Positions 36,737 to 44,710 of a stretch of DNA of 54,363 nucleotides are shown in pieces. Source of the DNA: a virus (Duplodnaviria; Caudoviricetes); the IMG/VR virus record IMGVR_UViG_3300027784_000007, positions 1 to 54,363 of that record. One strand, 5' to 3'. The notes under the pieces were generated by a model, which made no database searches, was not told the origin of the DNA, and saw only the letters and a program-made list of their open reading frames with translations. Every line of letters starts with the position of its first letter. The stretch's first letter is position 1. Both the position numbers and the translations under genes were made by a program.

Positions 36737-37090
36737 TCAGCGGCCGGCCCAGTGCGCTTGGGCGTCGAGGGCGGCGCGGGCGGACTCGCGGCGGTCGACC
36801 TGGTGGTGGCCGGTCGCGACGTCCCATCCGTCGACGGGGAGGCGCATGACGCTGAGCAGGACCTCGAACGCGGCGTCGCGGCGGAACGTCTCGCCACGGG
36901 CGACGAGCATGCCGCGGAACGCGTCGCCGCCGGTGAGGGCGTGAGCGGACCAGGGGGCGCCGGCCTCGGGGCGGTCGACCCATCCGACCTTGACGCCGTC
37001 GAGGATGAGGTCGTAGCGGGACCAGTCCTCGAGGTGCTCGAGGCGGACGCGGCGGAACGTGAGCTGGCCGGTGGCGGTTGTGGTGGTCAT
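36737..37090 (-). CDS. Hypothetical protein
   Basis: MTTTTATGQLTF, CCGGGAGGACC RBS. Confidence 0.6.
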   Translation of the reverse strand: MTTTTATGQLTFRRVRLEHLEDWSRYDLILDGVKVGWVDRPEAGAPWSAHALTGGDAFRGMLVARGETFRRDAAFEVLLSVMRLPVDGWDVATGHHQVDRRESARAALDAQAHWAGR

Positions 37091-37124
37091 CGTGGTCCTC
37101 CCGGGACTGGTAGGGGCGGGGCGG

Positions 37125-37346
37125 TCAGCCGAGGTAGTCGAACAGGCGGTCGCGGAGCCGGGCGTAGTCGCCACCGAAGTAGAACCCGTCGTCGTCCATC
37201 GTGTCGGTGGTGAACGCATCCGCGGCGTCGAGCACGTCGTCGTCGGACAGGAACCCGTTGCGGGCCTCGAACGTGGCTGCGACCTGGTCCACGGCGAGGC
37301 GGAACCGGTCGTCGAAGCTGAGGGGGGCGGTGTCGGTGCGGGTCAT
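37125..37346 (-). CDS. Hypothetical acidic accessory protein
   Basis: MTRTDTAPL, behind copy 14. Confidence 0.6.
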   Translation of the reverse strand: MTRTDTAPLSFDDRFRLAVDQVAATFEARNGFLSDDDVLDAADAFTTDTMDDDGFYFGGDYARLRDRLFDYLG

Positions 37347-37357
37347 CGTGAGCTCCT

Positions 37358-37423
37358 CCGGTTGGTGTAGCACCACCGTACCATCGGCGGGCCCGGCCGG
37401 TCAAGGGGTTCTGCACCTTTCTT
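37358..37423 (-). promoter_or_regulatory. Repeat promoter element copy 14
   Basis: TTGACC..TGGTACGGTGGTGCTACACCAACCGG. Confidence 0.8.
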
Positions 37424-37439
37424 CCGGCGAGGCGGGCGA

Positions 37440-37925
37440 TGCCGAGCTGTGGGGAGCGTTGGCCGGTTGTGGCCGGGGTTCTCGAGGGTTCTCGAGGTGT
37501 GGGCGCCAGCGCCGCGGGAGGACGCGCCGAGCTCGAGGCGGCCCGGGAAGTTGGCCGTTGTTGGCCGGTTCTCGCGCAGTTCTCGGGGAGTTGCCGGGAG
37601 TTGGCGAGGTGTGGGGAAGTTGCCGAGCGATGCCCAGCGATGGCCGGTTGTGGGCGACGTTGGCGGGTTGTGGCCGGGGTTGCCAGAGGTTCCGCGGCGA
37701 TGCCCGAGGCGGGGCGAGGACAGCGAGGGCGGGCCAGTAGTTGGCGGCATCTCGCGGTTGTTGGCGGGTTCTCAGGAAGTTGCCGAGGGTTGCGCAGAGG
37801 TGGCCGGAGGTGGGGAGGTGTGGCCGGAGGTGGCGGGCTGTGCCGCGCGTTCGGGAGCTGTGGCCGGCGGTGGCGGGTTGTGGGCAGCGTTGGCCGGTTG
37901 TGGGCGGGGTTGGCCGCCGTTCCAG
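37440..37925. repeat. Degenerate decamer tandem array (about TGGCCGGKTG)
   Basis: e.g. tggccggagg tggggaggtg tggccggagg tggcgggctg ... tggccggttg tgggcggggt; strong G/T strand skew. Confidence 0.7.
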
Positions 37926-38161
37926 AGCATCGGCGGCATCTCGCCGCGGAGCTCCTCGAGGACCAGGCCCTTCGTCATGCCGTCGAGGACGGCCGAGGCG
38001 TGGCTGTGGCAGAGGTCGCTGAACCGGCGGACGCACAGGGCGCGGATGAGCCAGCGGGACATCTCGGCCGGTTCGATGCCGGCGCGCTCGAGGCGGGCAG
38101 CAACCCTGGCGGCGACGCCCGGCTCGGCAGGGCGTGGGTCGCGGCAGGTCGGGTGGCACAC
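37772..38161 (-). CDS. Hypothetical protein whose C-terminus runs into the decamer array
   Basis: Protein-like first half (AARLERAGIEPAEMSRWLIRAL), low-complexity tail. Confidence 0.35.
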   Translation of the reverse strand: MCHPTCRDPRPAEPGVAARVAARLERAGIEPAEMSRWLIRALCVRRFSDLCHSHASAVLDGMTKGLVLEELRGEMPPMLWNGGQPRPQPANAAHNPPPPATAPERAAQPATSGHTSPPPATSAQPSATS

Positions 38162-38163
38162 GG

Positions 38164-38325
38164 TCAGCGGGCGCCGAGGCGTGCGAGGCAGGTCGGGCAC
38201 CAGGACCGGCCTGGGGCGCAGGGACGGCTGCAGCCGCTGGTGACGCAACCGGCCTTGACGTGCATGCCGGTGTGGGCCAGCGGGGGGCGCTGCAGGCCGA
38301 CGTCGAGCTCGGGCAGCTCGCTCAC
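38164..38325 (-). CDS. Small zinc-finger-like protein
   Basis: Not in ORF track: MSELPELDV...CVTSGCSRPCAPGRSWCPTC; GTGA overlap. Confidence 0.45.
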   Translation of the reverse strand: MSELPELDVGLQRPPLAHTGMHVKAGCVTSGCSRPCAPGRSWCPTCLARLGAR

Positions 38326-38567
38326 TCGGGCACCAGCAGGCCGAGGGCGACGGCAGCGGCGACGGATGACACGGTGACCTCCCAGCGGACCAGGTCGCCG
38401 TTGTCGTCACGGACGGACACGGGCCCGAACGTGAGGTCCGTGGACCAGGACCCCTGCTGAATCGACAGGGGCGCCACGGCCCGGTAGGCGGCCCCGTCGA
38501 CGCTGAGGGCGGGCCCCAGGGCGTCCACCAGGGGCAGGGACGGTACGGGCAGCGTGACGGTCCTCAT
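38322..38567 (-). CDS. Hypothetical protein
   Basis: MRTVTLPVP, ATGA overlap. Confidence 0.5.
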   Translation of the reverse strand: MRTVTLPVPSLPLVDALGPALSVDGAAYRAVAPLSIQQGSWSTDLTFGPVSVRDDNGDLVRWEVTVSSVAAAVALGLLVPE

Positions 38568-38719
38568 GCGGGTCCCCTCACGGGCTCGAGGCGCATCATG
38601 CGCTCGGGGCCGACAGCGGCGTCGGCGATGACGCGGTAGCTGATGCCGTCGGGGCCTTCGATGAGGTCGCCGAGGGCACGGCCGTCGAGGGCGGCGACCC
38701 ATCCGTCGATGTCGAGCAT
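38564..38719 (-). CDS. Hypothetical protein
   Basis: MLDIDGWVAALDG, AAGGA RBS. Confidence 0.4.
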   Translation of the reverse strand: MLDIDGWVAALDGRALGDLIEGPDGISYRVIADAAVGPERMMRLEPVRGPA

Positions 38720-38922
38720 CTGCCGTCCTTGCCGTAGTTGTCGCGGGCCCACTCGTCCGGGCGGCCCGAGGTCCATGCGAGCACGTCGGCGACCCGTTGG
38801 CCGGTGATAGGGCCGGGGCGGGCCCAGCCGGCGCAGGCCGACATCGACATCACGGCCAGCGCGTGCCGGTGCGGGTCGCCGGTGACGCGGAGCATCGCGT
38901 CGACCCGGTAGGCCTCGCTCAT
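38596..38922 (-). CDS. Hypothetical protein
   Basis: MSEAYRVDAML, ATGA overlap with the upstream gene; long 3' overlap with next ORF. Confidence 0.4.
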   Translation of the reverse strand: MSEAYRVDAMLRVTGDPHRHALAVMSMSACAGWARPGPITGQRVADVLAWTSGRPDEWARDNYGKDGRCSTSTDGSPPSTAVPSATSSKAPTASATASSPTPLSAPSA

Positions 38923-39404
38923 GACGACGCCTCGTCCGAGGCCTGCAGGGCGAGCAGGCGTTCCACCAGGGTCTCGCGGCCAGCCTCCACGTCGATTTCG
39001 GAGCGGCGAGGGGCACCACCGCGGTCTGCGAGGTTCTCGGCGGCGCGGAGCCGGTCCGAGGTCTTGGCGGCAGGGTCGACCATGATGCGGGCGAACGTCT
39101 CGACGACGGCGCCCTGCAGCGCGGCGTATCGCAGACGGGCGGAGGTGCGGCCCGAGGGGGTCGACCCGGCGTGGTGCTTGCAGCGGCCGGCGCCGGGATG
39201 GTCGGTGCCGTGGCCGGCGCGGTTCCCGCACCAGCGCCAGGGGTTCTCGATGCCGCGGGCGATGTCCTGCTGTATCTGGCCGGGCTGGCGGGCGGCGCCG
39301 CAGAGCAGGCCGCCGGCTGAGGGGTCCTCGGGGGTGGGGGGAGGGGAGCCGGCGGGGAGGTGGCGGAACGGCGTTTGCATGGCGGGTTCGGTTTCCACGG
39401 TCAC
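38919..39404 (-). CDS. HGGxSTG-like protein, candidate terminase small subunit
   Basis: CGA...C...AGHGTDHPGAGRCKHHAGSTP and DRLRAAENLADRGG motifs. Confidence 0.6.
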   Translation of the reverse strand: MTVETEPAMQTPFRHLPAGSPPPTPEDPSAGGLLCGAARQPGQIQQDIARGIENPWRWCGNRAGHGTDHPGAGRCKHHAGSTPSGRTSARLRYAALQGAVVETFARIMVDPAAKTSDRLRAAENLADRGGAPRRSEIDVEAGRETLVERLLALQASDEASS

Positions 39405-39438
39405 CTCCGGGGCGGGTCGGGGCAGGCTACCTGGCTGG

Positions 39439-39630
39439 TTAGCCGAGCCGGAGGGCGGCGGCGATGGCGAGGGCGATGAGGGTGAGCCAGAGCGCGAGCT
39501 CGAGGGTGTTGGGGCGGGGCGTGCGGGTGGCGAGGCGGCTGATGTAGTCCTGGCAGCCGGGGCAGCCGGCGAGGGAACCGACGGGGTGTTCTTCGCGGCC
39601 GATGTGGGCGGGGCGGCGGTGGATGCGCAT
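39439..39630 (-). CDS. Small membrane protein
   Basis: H..CPGC motif plus C-terminal TM helix. Confidence 0.5.
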   Translation of the reverse strand: MRIHRRPAHIGREEHPVGSLAGCPGCQDYISRLATRTPRPNTLELALWLTLIALAIAAALRLG

Positions 39631-39682
39631 GGTGTGCTCCGTGTTGGTGGGGGCCCGGTGGTGTGCCGGGCCCCGGCCGGTG

Positions 39683-40414
39683 TCAGCGGCGGTTGAGGGC
39701 GAGGGGGGCGCCGACCATGAGGGCGCCTAGACCCATGAGGGCGAGCAGCCAGGCGGGTGCTCCCGTGACGGGGAGGGTGCCGCCGGTGCCGGCCTCCACG
39801 GAGGTGGGCAGGGGGATGGGGTCGTCGTCGGGCTCGGCGCGTTCGATGACCTGGGGGGTGCCGAGCTCTACCTCGGGCTCGTCCTCGGGTTCGGGCGTCG
39901 GGTCCGGGTCAGGGGTCGGGTCAGGGTCGGGGGAGGGCTCCGGGTCGGGCGTCGGCTCCGGGTCGGGCGTCGGGTCGGGGTCGGGCGAGGGCTCCGGCTC
40001 GGGCTCCGGCTCGGGTTCAGGCTCCGGCTCGGGCTCTGGCTCCGGTTCGGGTTCCGGCTCCGGCTCAGGTTCGGGCTCGGGCTCGGGCTCCGGCTCGGGG
40101 GAGGGGTAGATGACGTAGTAGCTGACCCCGGGGACGTTGTCGTTGCCGACACGGATGCCGGCGTCCTCCACGTAGTCGGACAGGGACCGGACCCCATCGG
40201 CGGTGAAGATGCCGGTGGCGAACGGGCCAGCCTTGACGCACGCCTCGGTGCCGGCCTCGAGGACCAGGTCGTCGTTGGCGCCCTCGACCTTGGTGACGTC
40301 CGAGGATTGGTGGTCGGGGCAGTGCTCGTTGGCGGCGAGGGCGGGCACGGCGAGCGTGAGCGCGAACGCTGCGATGACAGCGACGACCAGGGGCCGTCGT
40401 CGGGTCGGTTTCAT
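39683..40414 (-). CDS. Secreted LPXTG cell-wall-anchored protein with PE/PD stalk
   Basis: Signal peptide, (EP)n linker, LPVTG plus TM plus RR. Confidence 0.8.
   Translation of the reverse strand: MKPTRRRPLVVAVIAAFALTLAVPALAANEHCPDHQSSDVTKVEGANDDLVLEAGTEACVKAGPFATGIFTADGVRSLSDYVEDAGIRVGNDNVPGVSYYVIYPSPEPEPEPEPEPEPEPEPEPEPEPEPEPEPEPEPEPEPSPDPDPTPDPEPTPDPEPSPDPDPTPDPDPTPEPEDEPEVELGTPQVIERAEPDDDPIPLPTSVEAGTGGTLPVTGAPAWLLALMGLGALMVGAPLALNRR
39887..40103 (-). repeat. Coding hexamer repeat (Pro-Glu/Pro-Asp)
   Basis: GAGCCS/GACCCS tandem units. Confidence 0.85.
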
Positions 40415-40716
40415 CGGGTGCTCCTTCGGGTGACGATGACGCCGAGGTCGGCAGGCATCGTGCGGGTGGTGGACCAGTCGACCTCGAACACGGCGTCGCC
40501 GTTGATGACGGCGGCGGCGAGGGTCACGGTCGACCCGTCCTCGAGGACATCGCCTCGGGTGAGGGACGCTGCGAGGACACTAACGGTGGACGGGGCGGTT
40601 GGTGGGGTCAGCAGCACTCCTGGGTTGTGGGTCGGGTCGGGGACATCGGGTGGGGCGCCGGTCTTAGACCAGGCGCGTTCGGCGGCGAGGGCTGCCGAGG
40701 CGGACAGGGCGGTCAT
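40411..40716 (-). CDS. Hypothetical protein
   Basis: [18 protein letters not shown]. Confidence 0.55.
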   Translation of the reverse strand: MTALSASAALAAERAWSKTGAPPDVPDPTHNPGVLLTPPTAPSTVSVLAASLTRGDVLEDGSTVTLAAAVINGDAVFEVDWSTTRTMPADLGVIVTRRSTR

Positions 40717-40811
40717 GGTTGGTCCTCCGGGTCGGTGGGGCGGCTGTCGAGCTCGGGGTCGAGCACGAGCTCGTCGTAGGGGTCGTCGGGGTAGGCGTCG
40801 AACAGGGGCAC
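40713..40811 (-). CDS. 32-aa acidic peptide
   Basis: Not in ORF track: [41 protein letters not shown]. Confidence 0.45.
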   Translation of the reverse strand: MPLFDAYPDDPYDELVLDPELDSRPTDPEDQP

Positions 40812-40862
40812 GGGCCCTCCTCTCGGGAGGCCCGGGGCTGGTGAGGCCCCGGGCGGGGTCGG

Positions 40863-41402
40863 CTAGAAGTAGGTGGCGCAGATGGGGCCGATGCCGGCGG
40901 CGATGCTGTCCTCGTCGGTGAGGGTGGCGCCGCAGCGGCAGCACACGCCGTAGAGCTTGCCGAACTCCTGCGCGTCCTCGAGGGTCATCATGGTGGCGTC
41001 GGACAGGGACGCGAGGGGGCGGGCGCCGCGGTACTCGAACGTGCCGTCGACGAGCTCCTTGGCGTACAGGCGGCCGTGCTGCGAGCGCTGGACCTTCCAG
41101 ACGGTGCCCTGGACGTAGTGCATGCCCTCGGGGACCTCGGCCTTGGCCGGAGCAGCGGCGGAGGCCTGGCGGGCCTCGTTGCGGTAGTGGTCGCGCAGGG
41201 CGATGAGGCGGGTGATGGCGGCGGAGGCGTGCTTGCGGTCGACGGCGACCTCGTCGAGGTGGAAGGGGCGAACCTGCTGGGTCCACGCTTCGTGGGCCTC
41301 GGGGTCGCCGGTGGCGGCGACGAGCCGGTCGATTTCGGTGACCAGGTCGTTGGCGAAGTTGACCTGGCGGATGCTGGCGGCGGCGGTGGTGGTGGTGGCC
41401 AT
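40863..41402 (-). CDS. DUF6011-domain protein
   Basis: C-terminal CCRCGATLTDEDSIAAGIGPICA; behind copy 15. Confidence 0.75.
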   Translation of the reverse strand: MATTTTAAASIRQVNFANDLVTEIDRLVAATGDPEAHEAWTQQVRPFHLDEVAVDRKHASAAITRLIALRDHYRNEARQASAAAPAKAEVPEGMHYVQGTVWKVQRSQHGRLYAKELVDGTFEYRGARPLASLSDATMMTLEDAQEFGKLYGVCCRCGATLTDEDSIAAGIGPICATYF

Positions 41403-41415
41403 CGGGGACTCCGTT

Positions 41416-41482
41416 CCGGTTGGTGTAGGGGCACCATACCATCGCCGCGCGCCGGCGGTCAAGTCTCGCTGGACTCTTTCTT
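41416..41482 (-). promoter_or_regulatory. Repeat promoter element copy 15
   Basis: TTGACC..TGGTATGGTGCCCCTACACCAACCGG. Confidence 0.8.
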
Positions 41483-42076
41483 GCGGGCCCACGAGGCGGC
41501 GGCCACGGACAGCTCGGCCTCGACGTACTCGAGCAGGTACCGATACAGCCGGGCCTCCTCCAGGTGGAGGTGAGCGTCGGCCAGAGCGCGATGGGGCTTG
41601 CTGGGCGCGTCGGGCAGCGGGACCGGCACGGAGGCAAGCTCGCGGCGGATGACGCCGACGTCGTGGGTCCAGTAGGTCAGCAGCTTCGACGAGCGGGGCA
41701 GGTGCAGGCGCAGCCAGCGGCTGTCAAAGTGGCCCACGCCGGAGCCGGCGAGGATGAGCCGGCCCTTGACGGTGAAGGGCTCGAGGAACTGCTCGAGCAG
41801 CAGGTCGGCGTCGCGCGGATGGAAGTCGTCGCGCTCGTGGCCGGCGTCCTCCCGGGCGTCGTTGGCCTCGAGCTCGGCGAGCAGCCCGGACGACCGGTGC
41901 ATCTCCACGACGACCTCGGGCATCAGCGCGAGGTGCTCGGTGAGCGGCTCCACCAGGCAGTCGAACTCGGCCAGCGGCTGGAACTCCGGGTTGGCGATGA
42001 TGCAGCCGACCTCGAGGATGGAACCCTCACGCTCGTTGGCGCAGGTCGTTTCGAGGTCGATGAACGCGTAGTTCAC
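41459..42076 (-). CDS. Oligoribonuclease-like DEDDh exonuclease
   Basis: FIDLETT..ILEVG, MHRSSGLL, HFDSRWL, HRALAD motifs. Confidence 0.85.
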   Translation of the reverse strand: MNYAFIDLETTCANEREGSILEVGCIIANPEFQPLAEFDCLVEPLTEHLALMPEVVVEMHRSSGLLAELEANDAREDAGHERDDFHPRDADLLLEQFLEPFTVKGRLILAGSGVGHFDSRWLRLHLPRSSKLLTYWTHDVGVIRRELASVPVPLPDAPSKPHRALADAHLHLEEARLYRYLLEYVEAELSVAAASWARKKESSET

Positions 42077-42483
42077 GGCAGGTCCTCCCGGTAGGTGGCG
42101 GCGGCCTTGGCGGCTTCGATGGCGGCCTGCAGCCGTCCGGCCCGGCGGGCACGGACGGTGGCAGGGTCGGGGTCGGTGCGGGACGTGGGCACGTACTCCT
42201 CGAACCGGGACTCGATGGCGGCGAGCAGCTCGCGGACGACGTAGCCAGGGACCAGGTCGGACGCTTCCCACGGCGGCGGTTCGGGCAGGCGCTGGTGAGG
42301 GTCGCCCGGGTTGCAGACGATGTCGCTGGCTCCCAGGGGGGCGTGAGGCACGGCGTAGCTGAGGCGCCAGCGGTCACCGTGGGGCTGTGAGGCGAGGACG
42401 CGGCAGCGGGCCCGGCCTCCGAACACGAGCACGTCGCCGGGGCGGAGCTCGTCGGCGCGGGCCTTCACGGTCGGGTTGGTCAT
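42073..42483 (-). CDS. Hypothetical protein
   Basis: 136 aa. Confidence 0.55.
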   Translation of the reverse strand: MTNPTVKARADELRPGDVLVFGGRARCRVLASQPHGDRWRLSYAVPHAPLGASDIVCNPGDPHQRLPEPPPWEASDLVPGYVVRELLAAIESRFEEYVPTSRTDPDPATVRARRAGRLQAAIEAAKAAATYREDLP

Positions 42484-42491
42484 GGCGGTTC

Positions 42492-42959
42492 CTATCGGTA
42501 GCCGAGCAGCCGGGAGCAGACGGGCCAGGCGGCCCAGCCCTGCCGGGCGAGGACCTCCTCGGCCACGGCGACCTGCTGCTCGATGGTGGCGTCATAGGCG
42601 TAACGGGGAGGGCTGGCCAGGGCGACGGGCGCGAGCCAGGACCAGGTGTCGGGGTGGAACTGCAGACCCCCGTGGTGGACGCGGGTGCCCCAGGGGGGGA
42701 CCGTGTCCCCTGGGGCGGCCCACGACCACCGTGCGGAGCCGGGCACGAACGCCGCTCCGCGGTCGAGCCAGTCGCCGGACTCGCAATCGGCCAGGTCGGC
42801 CCAGACGGCGGGGAGCTCCCAGGCGGGAGGCTCCCATGCCGGCCGGTCCTCGAGCAGGACGATGGCCTCGAGGCGGTCCATCCTCGGCGGGTCGATGCGC
42901 GGCTGGTCCTCGAGGGCGAGGCCAGGCACGAGCACGGCGAGCAGGGAGAGGACGGTCAC
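42492..42959 (-). CDS. Resuscitation-promoting factor (Rpf) transglycosylase
   Basis: WADLADCESG, GGLQF..TW, ATIEQQVAVAEEVLARQGWAAWPVC; hydrophobic N-terminus. Confidence 0.88.
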   Translation of the reverse strand: MTVLSLLAVLVPGLALEDQPRIDPPRMDRLEAIVLLEDRPAWEPPAWELPAVWADLADCESGDWLDRGAAFVPGSARWSWAAPGDTVPPWGTRVHHGGLQFHPDTWSWLAPVALASPPRYAYDATIEQQVAVAEEVLARQGWAAWPVCSRLLGYR

Positions 42960-43384
42960 GCGTCGGCCAGCAGGGCGCCAGGGCAGTCCCACTCGACGTC
43001 GTCGACCTCGACCTCCTCCTCCTCGTACACCGGGTCGCTGACCTTGACCTTCTTGGTCACGGTCTTGGTGCCGACGACGCGGGCGGTGCAGACGGACCCA
43101 CCGCCGTAGAACACCTCGAGGTTGTCGAGGGGGGCGGAGAGCTCGATGGCGCCGGCATCGAACTTCTTCTCGACGGTGACGCCGAGGACATCGCGCATGG
43201 CGCGGAGCACGAACGCGGCGAGGTCCTTCCGCTCCTCGGGGTCATTGACGGACCAGGACGGCAGCAAGCTGATGCGGTCGTAGCCGGTGAACACGATGAG
43301 CTGGTCAGAGCGGGGCTCGAGGGCGTCGAGCAGGTCGGCGGCGCGGCGCAGCGAGGCGGACAGGGTGGTTGGGCGGGCGGACAT
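42956..43384 (-). CDS. Hypothetical protein
   Basis: MSARPTTLS, GGAG RBS. Confidence 0.6.
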   Translation of the reverse strand: MSARPTTLSASLRRAADLLDALEPRSDQLIVFTGYDRISLLPSWSVNDPEERKDLAAFVLRAMRDVLGVTVEKKFDAGAIELSAPLDNLEVFYGGGSVCTARVVGTKTVTKKVKVSDPVYEEEEVEVDDVEWDCPGALLADA

Positions 43385-43436
43385 GGCTATCTCCGGTGTG
43401 GTTGAGGGGCCCGGGCGGTCCCGGGCCCCAGGTCGG

Positions 43437-44630
43437 TCAGCGGGCGGCGGACACCAGGGCGTCGAACGCGGCCGCTTCGACATCAGCGGCAGCGTCGGCG
43501 TCCTCGAGGGTCTGGGCCACGGACGTGACGGCGTTCATGACACCCCCGGCGGTCATCGACCCACCGCGGATGAAGTGCTCGAGGACGGCGTCCTGGTGGG
43601 CGGTCATTCGGACCTCGCGGACCACGCGCTCCACGGTGCCGGCAGCGTCCTCGACGGGCTTGCCGGCCTTCTCGCGCAGTCGGTCGAGGACCCCGCGCAG
43701 GTAGTCGACGTTGAGGAACGTCGCCACCGCATCGCGGGACATCGACGTGACCAGCTCGAGGTTGCGCTGCTGCGTTTCGTCGGACCAGCGCACCACGCCC
43801 TCGTCGAGCTTCGCGCCGAGGTGGACGTGCCGGAACGCATCCTTGGTGATGGTCATGCCGTTGTCGCAGACCCGGAACGTGATGCGGGGCACGAGCGACC
43901 AGGCGCCAGCCCCGACCTCGCTGTTCTGCAGGACGAACCCTGCGAACACGACCGGGACGTCCGAGCCGGAGGTGCCATCGAACGGCGAGCGGTAGTCGCC
44001 GAGCAGGTCGGGGGCGAGGACCTGCACGTCGGGGGCGGCGAGCTTCACGTACATGCGGCGCTCGGTGAGGTCGCAGGCGGTGACCTCGGTGTCGACGCCG
44101 GAGGCGCGGACCCCCTCGAGGGCGGCCATCAGCACGTCGAGGTTGTCGACGATGCGGTAGCGGTCGGACAGGAACGCGCGAGCGACCCCGACCCCGCCAT
44201 CGCCACGGAACGTGCGCACCATGAACTTGCGCGGGTCCGGGCCCGAGGCGGGAACGTCGTCGACGGCGGGGCGGCCGTGCAGCCAGCCGTTGACGTTGGC
44301 GTCGTACAGGTCGATGCGCTCGGACCGGAGCCGGCGCAGGTACTGGCGAGGGACGCCCAGCTTCTCGCCGAGGCCCTCGTCAGCGACCTCGGTCGGCAGG
44401 AAGCTGCCGGTGGTCGTGTCGACGCCGGAGGCGGTCAGGACGGGCTCGGTGCCGTCGACCATCCAGTGCCCCTCGACGGACTCGATGGCCGAGGCCGGAG
44501 CGACCACGTCCACCTTGCGGGACTGCTGGTCCTTCAGCATGGCGGCGAGGTCGGCCAGGTCGGCGTTGCGGGTGGTCAGCGGGACGTCGTTGACGACGCC
44601 CACGGATGCAGGTGCTCGGGTGATGCTCAT
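43437..44630 (-). CDS. DUF932-like protein
   Basis: ARAFLSDRYRIVDN, NSEVGAG, RVCDNGM and HLG motifs. Confidence 0.7.
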   Translation of the reverse strand: MSITRAPASVGVVNDVPLTTRNADLADLAAMLKDQQSRKVDVVAPASAIESVEGHWMVDGTEPVLTASGVDTTTGSFLPTEVADEGLGEKLGVPRQYLRRLRSERIDLYDANVNGWLHGRPAVDDVPASGPDPRKFMVRTFRGDGGVGVARAFLSDRYRIVDNLDVLMAALEGVRASGVDTEVTACDLTERRMYVKLAAPDVQVLAPDLLGDYRSPFDGTSGSDVPVVFAGFVLQNSEVGAGAWSLVPRITFRVCDNGMTITKDAFRHVHLGAKLDEGVVRWSDETQQRNLELVTSMSRDAVATFLNVDYLRGVLDRLREKAGKPVEDAAGTVERVVREVRMTAHQDAVLEHFIRGGSMTAGGVMNAVTSVAQTLEDADAAADVEAAAFDALVSAAR

Positions 44631-44710
44631 CGGTCCCTCCCGGGTCGGTCGGCAGCCGGTCGGCTGCAGACGGTCACGATGCCATCTGGATGCGACATCG
44701 CGAGCTGGTG

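Noticed and set aside
24815-37423. Repeats as a CRISPR array
   Set aside because: Copies are separated by hundreds of bases containing whole genes, vary internally, have promoter architecture, and no cas genes are present.
37343-37750. ORFs over the decamer tract
   Set aside because: A period of 10 and low-complexity translations in all frames argue against coding.
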